Shown here in pieces: positions 19,943 through 29,487 of a stretch of 43,243 bases of DNA (within the stretch, counting starts at the first letter, position 1; each line of letters starts with the position of its first letter). Location of the stretch: NCBI GenBank assembly GCA_050872665.1, contig JBNMHH010000001.1:1-43243 (forward strand), in the 5' to 3' direction. The notes below the pieces were generated by a model. It saw only the letters and a program-made list of their open reading frames with translations. It made no database searches and had not been told where the DNA came from. Position numbers and translations under genes: made by a program. Source of the stretch: Helicobacteraceae bacterium (GTDB lineage Bacteria; Campylobacterota; Campylobacteria; Campylobacterales; Helicobacteraceae).

Positions 19943-21007
19943 CTATTTCCCGCTAAACACGGGGAAATATGAGTGTTCGCCATAGTCTTTAAAGCGCATT
20001 TGCTTTAGCTCCTCTAAATCCGCGCGCTCTATGCTAAAATCCACCTGCGCGTTTGAGGCGATATGAGCAGGATTCGCGCTTTTTGGCAAAGGAATCGTGC
20101 CGATTTCTAGCGCGTAGCGAATGCAAAGCTGGGGTGCGCTTACGCCGTATTTTTGTGCCATTTTTACGATTCGCTCATCTCGCAAAAGTTCGCCGTGCGC
20201 GATAGGCGAGTAAGCCTCCACCACCAAGCCTTGTGCCTTGCAATAGGCTATCAAGTCAAAGGGCGTGTTGCCAATATGGGTTAAAATCTGATTTACCATA
20301 GGCTTTGTGGCGCAGTTTGCAAAGATATTTTCCAAATCTTTTTGCAAAAAGTTGCTAACGCCAATAGCGCGGATTTTGCCCTCTTTGTGCGCATTTTCAA
20401 GCGCACGCCACGCCTCTATGTTGCCCTTAGCGTAATCCCCACCGCGAAAATCACTCCACGGCTGTGGGCTATGGATAAGCATTAAATCAATAAAATCAAG
20501 CTTTAACTTGCCAAGCGACTCATCAATGCTTTTTTTGGCGGATTCATAGCTTTTATGCTCGGCGCGGACTTTTGTCGTTACAAAAATTTCCTCGCGTTTT
20601 AACCCGCCTTTTATGGCAGCTCGAACGCCCTCGCCCGTGCCGACTTCGTTTTCATAAGCCTGTGCGCTATCAAAGTGGCGATAGCCTACTTTTATGGCTT
20701 CGCTTATGACGCTAGGCACTTTTTCGTTGTCGATTCGCCAAAGTCCAAGCCCTAGCTTTGGGATTTTTACGCCCTTGCTTAGGGTGTAGGATTGGGCTAA
20801 AACGCTCTCTAGATTCCCGATATTTGCGCTATTTGTGGGCGAATCGCTTGAATTTTTTGCGCTAGATTCGCTTATATTGTTTGAATCATTCGCGCCAGAA
20901 TCATTTTTGCCTGAATCGCCACACGCCACAAAACTACTGCCAATCACCGCAGCCGCGCACATTCCGCCCATTCTCATAAACTCACGCCGTTTTTGATTAT
21001 CTACCAT
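19943..21007 (-). CDS. Aldo/keto reductase (2,5-DKG reductase-like) with Tat-lipoprotein leader
   Basis: GYRHFDSAQAYENE, LIHSP, IGVSNF, PLPKS; QKRREFM...SFVAC lipobox followed by an S/N/D-rich linker. Confidence 0.9.
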   Translation of the reverse strand: MVDNQKRREFMRMGGMCAAAVIGSSFVACGDSGKNDSGANDSNNISESSAKNSSDSPTNSANIGNLESVLAQSYTLSKGVKIPKLGLGLWRIDNEKVPSVISEAIKVGYRHFDSAQAYENEVGTGEGVRAAIKGGLKREEIFVTTKVRAEHKSYESAKKSIDESLGKLKLDFIDLMLIHSPQPWSDFRGGDYAKGNIEAWRALENAHKEGKIRAIGVSNFLQKDLENIFANCATKPMVNQILTHIGNTPFDLIAYCKAQGLVVEAYSPIAHGELLRDERIVKMAQKYGVSAPQLCIRYALEIGTIPLPKSANPAHIASNAQVDFSIERADLEELKQMRFKDYGEHSYFPVFSGK

Positions 21008-21040
21008 TTTTTACTCCTTAAAAATAAAATTAGAAATGTA

Positions 21041-21071
21041 ATTATAAAACCTTAGAGCTACTCTTTGTCAA
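21041..21071 (-). promoter_or_regulatory. MerR-type promoter/operator copy 3 (putative 10-gene unit 21007 to 12703)
   Basis: TTGACA-aagagtagctctaaggttt(19)-TATAAT; dyad AGAG-tag-CTCT. Confidence 0.82.
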
Positions 21072-21109
21072 GGGCGAATCATAAAAATTTTAAAAAATTT
21101 ACATTTGGG

Positions 21110-21748
21110 CTATAAAAATGCTCTTAAAAAATGCGATATTTTTGCCTTATCAAGTTTATCAAAGGCTTTGTTTTGCGAGATTTCCGCCATATTTATGGAT
21201 AGCAAATTTGGCACAATCTTTTCATAATCCTTAAAATTATAATCCAGCACCGCACTAACATTCGCGTAAGATTTCGCGCTATCCACACTTTTCCCAAGCC
21301 CATATCCTGCGCTTGTAATGATTAGATGAATCGCCTTTTCGCCCAAATTTGCGCTATGCAAAAAACTTTTCATCGGCGCACACAAATCCATATCCCAAAG
21401 TGGCGCAGCGATGAAAATGCGCTCATAGCGTTGCAAATCAAGCGCGTAAGGTTGCAGGGGTGGCAAAATGCCATCCGCCCTTTGCTTGGAAGCGAGTGCG
21501 ACTGCTTGTTGATAATCCTGCGGGTAGTCATCAATGGTTTGGATTCGCACTAAATCCCCGCCGATAAGGCTTTGCGCGTAGCTTACCAAAATGTGCGTGT
21601 TTAAAGTCCGCGTGTAATAAATAAAAAGATTGCGCGATTCGCCTTTATTTGCTTTATCCACGCCCTTGCCAAAGGTGAGATTCACCACAACGCCACAAGA
21701 TAGAGCTAAAAACAAACGCCGATTTAGATTCACATTACTCAAAGCCAT
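21110..21748 (-). CDS. Flavodoxin-like protein with Tat-like leader
   Basis: NRRLFL leader; YYTRTLNT, APLWDMDLCAPMKSFL, TSAGYGLG. Confidence 0.78.
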   Translation of the reverse strand: MALSNVNLNRRLFLALSCGVVVNLTFGKGVDKANKGESRNLFIYYTRTLNTHILVSYAQSLIGGDLVRIQTIDDYPQDYQQAVALASKQRADGILPPLQPYALDLQRYERIFIAAPLWDMDLCAPMKSFLHSANLGEKAIHLIITSAGYGLGKSVDSAKSYANVSAVLDYNFKDYEKIVPNLLSINMAEISQNKAFDKLDKAKISHFLRAFL

Positions 21749-21757
21749 TTTACGCCC

Positions 21758-22465
21758 CTATTTTGCGGGTTTGTTAATGCCAAAGCTCTCTTTGATGCCA
21801 AAATTTGGTTCTAAACACAGGCGAATCACCAAATGTGCGATAGATTTGCGCGAAATTTGTGCGCTTGGATTTTTAAACGCTTCGCCCTTTTTAGTTAGCT
21901 CATAGTCGATTTCATCAGCATTTGAAAACCACTGCGGACGGATTATTGTGTAGTCTAAGCCACTTGATTCGATTAGTTTGATAGGCTCGGCGTGGCGGGA
22001 GCGGTGCGAGACATTTTCGCTATCATACACGCCCATACTGCCTATCCAAATAAGCCGTTTTTGCCCCGCCTCTTTCATCGCCTCGATAATAATCTGCGCC
22101 ATTTGCTTAATGTCGCTCCCTGCGAGATTCGCATACACGACATTTACGCCTTGCATAGCCTTTTTAAGTGCGTTTTTATCTAGCGCGTTGCCCTCGATTA
22201 GTTGCACTCTGCTTGGATTTTGCTTTGCCACGCTTGAGAGACGACTAGAATCGCGCAAATATAGCTTGAGATTTGCATTTGTCCCCGCGAGAAATCCTTG
22301 CGTAGCGACTTTTGCTACGCTACCATTTGCCCCGATGATAAGCACGGAAATCTTTTCCGCCCTACCTTTTATGTCGCTAAAGTCATTTTGATTCCAGCTT
22401 AGCGCACAAGCACAGCCTATCAATCCCAAAAACGCGCCACTAAGCGCAATTAGTAATCTTTTCAT
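21758..22465 (-). CDS. NAD(P)H-binding (atypical SDR) protein with signal peptide, paralogue 2
   Basis: IIGANGSVA, SGLDYTIIRP; strongly similar to 15760-16488 and 25931-26662. Confidence 0.85.
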   Translation of the reverse strand: MKRLLIALSGAFLGLIGCACALSWNQNDFSDIKGRAEKISVLIIGANGSVAKVATQGFLAGTNANLKLYLRDSSRLSSVAKQNPSRVQLIEGNALDKNALKKAMQGVNVVYANLAGSDIKQMAQIIIEAMKEAGQKRLIWIGSMGVYDSENVSHRSRHAEPIKLIESSGLDYTIIRPQWFSNADEIDYELTKKGEAFKNPSAQISRKSIAHLVIRLCLEPNFGIKESFGINKPAK

Positions 22466-22513
22466 TGTGAATCCTTTGAGTCTAAAAATTGCGTGGCGAA
22501 AACCACAAATGAA

Positions 22514-22544
22514 ATTATAAAAGATGATAGCTACTATCTGTCAA
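22514..22544 (-). promoter_or_regulatory. MerR-type promoter/operator copy 4
   Basis: Same 31-mer as copy 1. Confidence 0.85.
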
Positions 22545-22709
22545 GGGCGAATCGCAAAATTTTGTGATTTTTTGCAAAGATTTGGGTGGATTTGCGCGAA
22601 TCACTTACATTTTAGCGCAATTAGCGTGATTAGCGCGAATCTAAATGCGTGAATCTAAACGCCCGAATCTTTAGCGAATCTAAGTAGATTCGCACATTTT
22701 TCGCGCATT

Positions 22710-23336
22710 TTAGAGTTCCCTTATGATTTTAGCTGGATTCCCGCCTACGATGACATTTGGTGGGACGCTTTTGGTTACCACCGCACCTGCAGCGATTATG
22801 GAGTTATCACCAATGCTGACGCTCGGGCAAATCGTGGCATTTACGCCTATCCACACGCGTTTGCCGATTTTCACGCCCTTACATAGCGTGGTGGAGCGAT
22901 TTTGCGGATTGAAGTCGTGGTTTATCGTTACGATATTTACCTTTGGCGCGATAAATGTCCCCTCGCCAATGTCGATTCCGCCCCTATCCATAAAGGTGCA
23001 GCAAGTGTTGATAAACACGCCTTTTTCAAGGCGGATATTGCGCCCAAAGTCCGTGTAAAAGGGCGGCATAACCCACACGCTTTTATCAAGCGCGTAGCCA
23101 AAGAGTTCGCACAAAATCGCGTGGGTTTCCTCGCGTGAGTGATAGCCTGTATTTAGGTGGGCAGTGAGCTTTTGGGCGTTTGAGATGACCTTATACATTT
23201 CCTCCCAGCCCTCGCTCTCATAGTTTATGCCCTCGCCGTTTATGTCGCGCGTAAAAATTTCGTGGGTAAAATCCACGCTCTCTAAGCCGAGCAATTCTTT
23301 TAGGTGTGGCTCTTTTAAGTTGGGTTGATTTTGCAT
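22710..23336 (-). CDS. Sugar O-acetyltransferase (hexapeptide repeat), paralogue
   Basis: PPFYTDFGRNI, hexapeptide repeats, [18 protein letters not shown]. Confidence 0.9.
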   Translation of the reverse strand: MQNQPNLKEPHLKELLGLESVDFTHEIFTRDINGEGINYESEGWEEMYKVISNAQKLTAHLNTGYHSREETHAILCELFGYALDKSVWVMPPFYTDFGRNIRLEKGVFINTCCTFMDRGGIDIGEGTFIAPKVNIVTINHDFNPQNRSTTLCKGVKIGKRVWIGVNATICPSVSIGDNSIIAAGAVVTKSVPPNVIVGGNPAKIIREL

Positions 23337-23373
23337 TTGGCAATCCTTTGGAAGTTTAAATTTTAAAAACGCA

Positions 23374-23404
23374 ATTATAAAAGATGAGAGTTGCTATCTG
23401 TCAA
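23374..23404 (-). promoter_or_regulatory. MerR-type promoter/operator copy 5
   Basis: TTGACA-gatagcaactctcatcttt(19)-TATAAT. Confidence 0.82.
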
Positions 23405-23476
23405 GGGGGAAGTTGAAAAATTACAATTTTTTATGAAAAGATTAAAAAATGTGGATTTGCAATGTTTTTATTTTTT

Positions 23477-23615
23477 GGATTGCCACAAAAATCCTTACAG
23501 ATTTTCTCGCAATGACGATTCGCCACTCCGTCATTGCGAGGTGAAGCCAAAGCAATCTATAAGTTTGCCTTATGGATTGCTTTGTTGTGGCTTTTAGCCA
23601 CCGCCTCGTAACGAT
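23477..23615. repeat. Palindromic MITE/REP-like element (GGATTGC...CTCGCAATGAC / GTCATTGCGAG...GCAATC units)
   Basis: Inverted units at 23477-23516 and 23530-23558 plus a degenerate unit at 23574-23615; same family at 35.5 and 37.5 kb. Confidence 0.75.
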
Positions 23616-23696
23616 AAATAAAGTTGAGCGAAAACAGCACCTTTATCATTAAGTTAGATTTTGTATAATTTTGGCATTTGATTTGTAAGGAATGTC

Positions 23697-24683
23697 GTGT
23701 CAAATTTGGCTCTAAACTATTCTCAACCCGCGCTTTTTGATTTAGATTCAAGCGATTCGCCCGAGTCTTTAACCAATCGTAAAGTGCGGTTTTTGCACTC
23801 TCTCAAAGGCAAATCACTTACCTACAAACGCTACACCAAATCCCCCTTGCGCTATGGCGGTGGCAAAAGCCTTGCCGTAGGGCTGATAGTCGAGCATTTC
23901 CCCGATGACATACAGCGCGTAGTAAGCCCATTTATCGGCGGTGGGAGCGTGGAGGTGGCAAGTGCTTTGGAGCTAGGGTTAGAAGTTAGGGCGTATGATA
24001 TTTTTGATATTTTGGTAAATTTTTGGCAAATTGCAATCGCGCAATCAAACGCACTCTATACCGAGCTAGAAAAGCTAGAGCCGACTAAAGAAGTGTATGA
24101 GCAAATCAAAAATGAGCTAAAAGCGCATTATAAAAACACTACGAATCTAGATAGCCTAACTTTGGCACGGGATTATTATTTTAACTTTAATCTTAGCTAT
24201 GGACCGGGCTTTTTGGGGTGGATGAGCAAAATCTATGAGGACAAAGCGCGTTATAAAAATATGCTTAAAAAATTGCGCGATTTTGGGGCGCATAAGCAAA
24301 ATCTAGTCGTAGAATGCGAAAGTTTTGAAGCGGTGTTTGAGAAATACCCCAATGACTTTTTTTACTGCGACCCGCCCTATTTCTTAAGCGGGGATAGCAA
24401 AATGTTTAAGGGAATCTATCCTATGCGCAATTTTCCTATCCACCACAATGGCTTTAAGCACGAGCTTTTGGCGGAATTACTTCGCGCACACAAGGGGCGA
24501 TTTGTGCTAAGCTATAATGACTGCGAGTGGGTGCGTGAGGCGTATAGGGATTTTAAGATTTTAGAGCCAAAGTGGCAATACACAATGGGACAGGGCGAAA
24601 CGCGCATCGGCAAAAACCGCATCGAGCGAGGGGATAGCGATAATATCAAACAAAGCCACGAGCTACTAATTATCAAAGAATAA
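23697..24683 (+). CDS. Dam-family N6-adenine DNA methyltransferase
   Basis: SPLRYGGGKS, SPFIGGGSVE, DPPY; AAGGA before GTG; TATAAT at 23664-23669. Confidence 0.92.
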   Translation: MSNLALNYSQPALFDLDSSDSPESLTNRKVRFLHSLKGKSLTYKRYTKSPLRYGGGKSLAVGLIVEHFPDDIQRVVSPFIGGGSVEVASALELGLEVRAYDIFDILVNFWQIAIAQSNALYTELEKLEPTKEVYEQIKNELKAHYKNTTNLDSLTLARDYYFNFNLSYGPGFLGWMSKIYEDKARYKNMLKKLRDFGAHKQNLVVECESFEAVFEKYPNDFFYCDPPYFLSGDSKMFKGIYPMRNFPIHHNGFKHELLAELLRAHKGRFVLSYNDCEWVREAYRDFKILEPKWQYTMGQGETRIGKNRIERGDSDNIKQSHELLIIKE

Positions 24684-24693
24684 GGGCATAAAA

Positions 24694-25296
24694 ATGAAAA
24701 TTAGCGAAGTAAAAACAGCGTTTAAAATCGCTGATGTGGAGTTCGTAGCGGGTAGCACAAAGCTAAATTTTAATTATTTGAAAGACTTGCGAGATGAAAA
24801 CGGCAAAGCATTGCCACAAAGCATTTTAACCCAAAATGTCGCAAGGGTGTATTTAATCGTGGTTGATGGAGTGATAAAGAAAATCGGCGGTTCTCAAGCG
24901 GTGGGCTGGATAAAAAACACATTGCAAATCTACCAAGATGGCGGAGTGAAAGGACGCCCTAGTATTCGTAGCTTTGGCGTGTGGTATTTCCTCTATCACA
25001 CGATTTTAAGCGGTGCAAAAATCGAATTTTATATGATTTACCAAGAGAATTTTGAAAAAGAGATTAAGGGGCTTTTTGGGCTAAAAACCGTGAAAAATGC
25101 CTATATTTCTTACAAACTCATTGAGGAATGTTGCGTAGCGGATTATTTGGCGTGTGAGGGCGGAAAACACCCCGACTGGAATGTGCAAGAGCAAGGCAAG
25201 GACTGGCCACTAGAAATTAAAAACGAACACGCTGAAATCCAAAAGAATGCACAAAGTAGAGTTAAAAAAGTCATTCGCAAAGAGGCGAAACGATAA
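24694..25296 (+). CDS. GIY-YIG type II restriction endonuclease (Hpy188I-like fold)
   Basis: VYLIVVDGVIKKIGGS variant of the GIY-YIG hairpin; directly downstream of an MTase. Confidence 0.65.
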   Translation: MKISEVKTAFKIADVEFVAGSTKLNFNYLKDLRDENGKALPQSILTQNVARVYLIVVDGVIKKIGGSQAVGWIKNTLQIYQDGGVKGRPSIRSFGVWYFLYHTILSGAKIEFYMIYQENFEKEIKGLFGLKTVKNAYISYKLIEECCVADYLACEGGKHPDWNVQEQGKDWPLEIKNEHAEIQKNAQSRVKKVIRKEAKR

Positions 25297-25325
25297 CCTT
25301 GCTAAAAATATAAAAGCACTATAAT

Positions 25326-25360
25326 AAGGCAAAGTGTTTTATTTTCACATTGCCTTTTTT
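25326..25360 (+). terminator. Intrinsic terminator after the R-M pair
   Basis: AAGGCAAAGTG...CACATTGCCTT stem (1 mismatch) followed by a T run. Confidence 0.6.
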
Positions 25361-25384
25361 AGAATTTTTACTTTTACTAATCCC

Positions 25385-25867
25385 CTACTTTGTCGCTTTT
25401 GTGAAGCGAATTATGAAGTTGTGTTTTTGGGATTTTAGCTTTGCCAAAGTCTCTTTATCTATGCTACCAAAGCGCACTAGCCCACTATGAAAAGGCTGCT
25501 TTGCATAGAAAATCCCCAGATTCCCCCACGGAGCAAAATAAAACAAATCCCCCACTTGCGGGTCATAGCCATTTAGTCCGCTTGTGTTTAGTGGCTTTGG
25601 CAGGGCGTTTGAGATTTTCTCTTTGCCCACATAGTCGCTAAATTCTAGATTCAAAGGTAGCTGTGCGTAAAAATCGCGCGTGGCAGGATTATCCTCTAGC
25701 TCGATGATTGTCCGCACTTGCGAATCGCCATCGCCACCTAAACTCATCTCTACAATCATTTTTGTTCCATTTATGTTGTTATTTGCGCTAGATTGCGCAT
25801 TTAGTGGCATTACGATAAAAACAACAAACGCCATAAATGCCACAAATCCTTTGATAATTTTTAACAT
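25385..25867 (-). CDS. Cyclophilin-like fold protein with signal peptide
   Basis: LEDNPATRDFYAQLPL, GDLFYFAPWGNLGIFY; AAGGAGG before ATG 25867. Confidence 0.85.
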   Translation of the reverse strand: MLKIIKGFVAFMAFVVFIVMPLNAQSSANNNINGTKMIVEMSLGGDGDSQVRTIIELEDNPATRDFYAQLPLNLEFSDYVGKEKISNALPKPLNTSGLNGYDPQVGDLFYFAPWGNLGIFYAKQPFHSGLVRFGSIDKETLAKLKSQKHNFIIRFTKATK

Positions 25868-25930
25868 TTTTGCCTCCTTAAAAATCATAAAATTTTTCTC
25901 AAAATCCCAAAACCCAACTTCACAAAATCC

Positions 25931-26662
25931 CTATTTGGCAGGTTTGTTGATTCCCAAACTCTCTTTTATGCCAAAGTCGCGCTCTAAGCACAGCCGAATC
26001 ACCAAATGTGCGATAGATTTGCGCGAAATTTGTGCGCTTGGATTTTTAAACGCTTCGCCCTTTTTAGTTAGCTCATAGTCGATTTCATTAGCATTACTAA
26101 ACCACTGCGCACGGATTATCGTGTAGTCTAAGCCACTTGATTCGATTGCGCGCACAGCCTCGCGGTGCGGTGGATTGTAAGCACGGATACGATTTAGCTC
26201 CGAGTCGGGTATCTCGCCCTCATACACGCCATAGCTTCCCACCCACACGAGTCGCTTTACGCCCGATTCGCTCATCGCTTGGGTAATCGCCCTTGCCATT
26301 GCGCCCAAATCGCTTCCTGCGAGATTGGCATACACGACATTTACGCCTTGCATCGCTTTGATAAGCGCGGATTTATCAAGTGCATTGCCCTCGATTAGTT
26401 GCACTCTGCTTGGATTTTGCTTTGCTATGCTTAAAAGACGACTAGAATCGCGCAAATATAATTTAAGATTCGCATTTGTCCCTGATAAAAATCCTTGCGT
26501 AGCGACTTTTGCTACGCTACCATTTGCCCCGATGATAAGCACGGAAATCTTTTCTTGCGTGTTTTTTATGTCGCTAAAGTCATTTTGATTCCAGCTTAGC
26601 GCACAAGCACAGCCTATCAATCCCAAAAACGCGCCACTAAGCGCGATAAGTAATCTTTTCAT
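25931..26662 (-). CDS. NAD(P)H-binding (atypical SDR) protein with signal peptide, paralogue 3
   Basis: IIGANGSVA, SGLDYTIIRA. Confidence 0.85.
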   Translation of the reverse strand: MKRLLIALSGAFLGLIGCACALSWNQNDFSDIKNTQEKISVLIIGANGSVAKVATQGFLSGTNANLKLYLRDSSRLLSIAKQNPSRVQLIEGNALDKSALIKAMQGVNVVYANLAGSDLGAMARAITQAMSESGVKRLVWVGSYGVYEGEIPDSELNRIRAYNPPHREAVRAIESSGLDYTIIRAQWFSNANEIDYELTKKGEAFKNPSAQISRKSIAHLVIRLCLERDFGIKESLGINKPAK

Positions 26663-26679
26663 CACAAATCCTTTGAAAT

Positions 26680-27951
26680 CTAACTCAAACTTTTCATATC
26701 AATCACAAAGCGAAAGTTCGCCTTGCCTTGCGCGACTTTTTGATACGCGCTATCTAGCTCGGTGATAGGGATTAGCTCAATATCAGGGTAGATATTGTTT
26801 TTCACGCTAAAGTCCAGCATTTCTTGCGTCTCTTTTATGCCACCGATAAGTGAGCTGTAAATTTTACGGCGGAAGTTCCAAATCATCGCATTTGCGTCTA
26901 GATTCGGATTGTCTTTGGCATTTGGTAAGCCTACGATTGCCATTTCGCCACCGAGCTTTAGCATTTTTTGATAGGCGTTAATATCATAGTGATAAGGAAT
27001 CGTAGAGATGATAAAATCAAATTCATTTGTGATTGTGCCAAACTCCTTGCTATTTACATTGACAAATCGCTTCGCACCAAGCCCTAGCACAGCTTCGCGC
27101 TTATCGACTATGTCAAATCCCGTAACCTCCGCGCCAAGTGCGACCATATATTTTACCGCCAAATGTCCTAGTCCGCCCACACCTGCTACGGCGACTTTTT
27201 GCCCTTTTTTAACTTTGCTAAACATTATGGGCGAATAAGTGGTAATTCCAGCGCAAAGCAGGGGTGCGACTTTCTCAATCTGCGCGGATTTTGGCACTTT
27301 TATGGCAAATTTCTCACTTACCACATAGTTGTTTGAGTAGCCACCGAAAGTAATTTCATCGCCGTGAAAGACATCTTTGCTATTGTAAGTAGCAACGATT
27401 TTGGCATTTAGACAAAATTGCTCATTACTTGCTTTGCACGCTTCGCATTCCCCGCAACTATTCACCATACAGCCAATCCCCGCGTAGTCGCCGACTTTAA
27501 ATTTTCGCACCTTTGCTCCCACTGCGATTACACGCCCTGCTATTTCGTGTCCGGGTATCATAGGGTAGTTTGGTTTGCCGTGCTCTCCCGCAACGGCGTG
27601 CAAATCGCTGTGGCAAATCCCCGCGTAGAGGATTTCTATAAGAATGTCATTTGCACCTAGCGGGTGGCGCGTGAAGCTATGGGGCTTAAACTTAAAGTCC
27701 TTGCTAAAGGCTGCGTAGCCTTTGCTTTGGATTCGCGCTCCGCTTTTTGCTTGAGCTACCGCCTCGCTTGAGCCGACAATCGAATCTTTTGAATCTACCA
27801 GATTCACGCTTTTTGATTCGCGTCCAAATAGTGAGCTACCTAAAATCGCGCTTACGCCTAATGCGCCACCGATTTTGGCGGTGTCTTTTACAAACTCTCG
27901 CCTTGCCTCATCGCCTAAATCTCGCAATGTGTTTTGAATGTCGTTTTTCAT
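26680..27951 (-). CDS. Zn-dependent NADP alcohol dehydrogenase (cinnamyl-ADH type) with Tat-like leader
   Basis: GICHSDLH, GHE, CGECEAC...C, APLLCAGITTY, GVGGLG; ARREFV leader. Confidence 0.93.
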   Translation of the reverse strand: MKNDIQNTLRDLGDEARREFVKDTAKIGGALGVSAILGSSLFGRESKSVNLVDSKDSIVGSSEAVAQAKSGARIQSKGYAAFSKDFKFKPHSFTRHPLGANDILIEILYAGICHSDLHAVAGEHGKPNYPMIPGHEIAGRVIAVGAKVRKFKVGDYAGIGCMVNSCGECEACKASNEQFCLNAKIVATYNSKDVFHGDEITFGGYSNNYVVSEKFAIKVPKSAQIEKVAPLLCAGITTYSPIMFSKVKKGQKVAVAGVGGLGHLAVKYMVALGAEVTGFDIVDKREAVLGLGAKRFVNVNSKEFGTITNEFDFIISTIPYHYDINAYQKMLKLGGEMAIVGLPNAKDNPNLDANAMIWNFRRKIYSSLIGGIKETQEMLDFSVKNNIYPDIELIPITELDSAYQKVAQGKANFRFVIDMKSLS

Positions 27952-27985
27952 ATTTTCTCCTTTGAATTTAAAAATTAAAAATGCA

Positions 27986-28016
27986 ATTATAAAAGATGAT
28001 AGCTACTATCTGTCAA
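27986..28016 (-). promoter_or_regulatory. MerR-type promoter/operator copy 6
   Basis: Same 31-mer as copy 1. Confidence 0.85.
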
Positions 28017-28093
28017 GGGGGAATCGCAAATTTTTTTGCAAAAATGGATTTTAGGTTATAATTTCACATTTAAAAAGCAAAAGGCTTAAGCAA

Positions 28094-29487
28094 ATGAATC
28101 TTTACATTCTTACCGAAGAACGCCCTAAAATTAACTCCATAAAATTTATCATCGAGCGATTTTTGCGCGATAGGAGATTTAGTGCATTCATTGATAGCAT
28201 TAGAATTCTGCCTATCGTGGAGAATGGAAAGTTTTTGTTTTGCTATGAGATTATGGGTGTGCGGTGCAATCACATTGATAAAATCTATCTAAAAATCATA
28301 AGCGGTGGCAGTAATTTTGTGGATTATCTCGTGTTTTTTCAAAGCACACAGCCCACGCAAAAAGATAGCCCACTTTATGCCATAGAGGAAACAAAACTAG
28401 CGATAAAGAATCACGAAATACGGGTGTTTTGCAACGAATTGCGAAGTTTGTTTATGTGGATTATTTTTATCCAAATGCTACAAAAATTATGTTTTATAAT
28501 TTGGCAATTCCACAAAAGCAAAAACCCACCGATACAAATATCTTTGGCACGAGGATTTTACGCACACTTGGCGTTGAGATTGCGGGTAAAGATATTGATA
28601 GCACAATGCTAAAGCCATTTAGTAGCGTTGATGAGCTGATTCAATGTAAAAACACAATGCGAAAACCGCCCAAAGGCAATGTGCCACTAAATATTTTCAA
28701 AGCTAAAAATAATGTGTTGCAAATTTCAGGCAGATTGGCAAAAAACGGCTCACTATCACACGACCCAAATATTGGCGCAATAAGTGGTATTGTCAAAGCA
28801 TTAAGAGTGCTTAAATTTAGTGGCAAAATAGAAGTGATTTCACACGGATTACTAACGCAAAATCAAGTCGGCAAGGATAATAAATTTATCCAAATCGCAA
28901 ATATGCTAAATATCTCTTTGCAGGGTTTGGAAGTGCCAAAAGCACTGCCAAATAAAGAGTATTGGCACTATGAGACAAAGGGCGAAAAACTCGCTACAAT
29001 TTTTATCCATTTGGTTGTTACGCATTTCACAAGTGCAGAGGTGATTTTTGAAAATCACGCAGGTTGTAAAAAAGGATATTTTTTTGATAGTAGTGGCAAG
29101 GCAATAGCACTAGAAAAATACGAGGATAGGGAGGCTTATAAAAGTGGTGATAAAAACAAAAGGTTATTTATCCCAGATTTGATTTTGCTTGATAGTGAGC
29201 GATTAGAAATCATAAATATTGAGGGTAAAAAATATGAGAATAAACACAAAGGAATCGATGAACTAAAAAATTATGATTTCATAGAAAAGGCATATATTCA
29301 CAAATTTTATCCGCATTATAAAATCATTCGCACACTTGTTTTATTTGGCAGTGATAACGAACAAGTCATCGAAATTGAAGTAGGATTTTTGCTAAACAAT
29401 CAAGGTAAAATGATTTTAGGTATAAAAGCACCGCAAATTTTTATCATCGCACTAAAAAATTTACTTGATTTTTGGAGTGGAAAATGA
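28094..29487 (+). pseudogene. Type II restriction endonuclease split by a 1-bp frameshift
   Basis: Adding one A to A4 at 28393-28396 joins the two ORFs (EETK-TSDKESRNTGVLQRIAKF); PD-(D/E)XK-like motifs DYLVF...EETK and PDLILLD...IEGK; ATGA overlap with the downstream MTase. Confidence 0.72.

Noticed and set aside
24901-24912. Possible inactivating Gly-to-Trp change (AVGWIK) in the GIY-YIG nuclease
   Set aside because: Cannot be supported without an alignment to homologues.
28094-29487. Two separate genes (172 aa and 352 aa)
   Set aside because: They overlap extensively and join into one coherent protein with a single added A.
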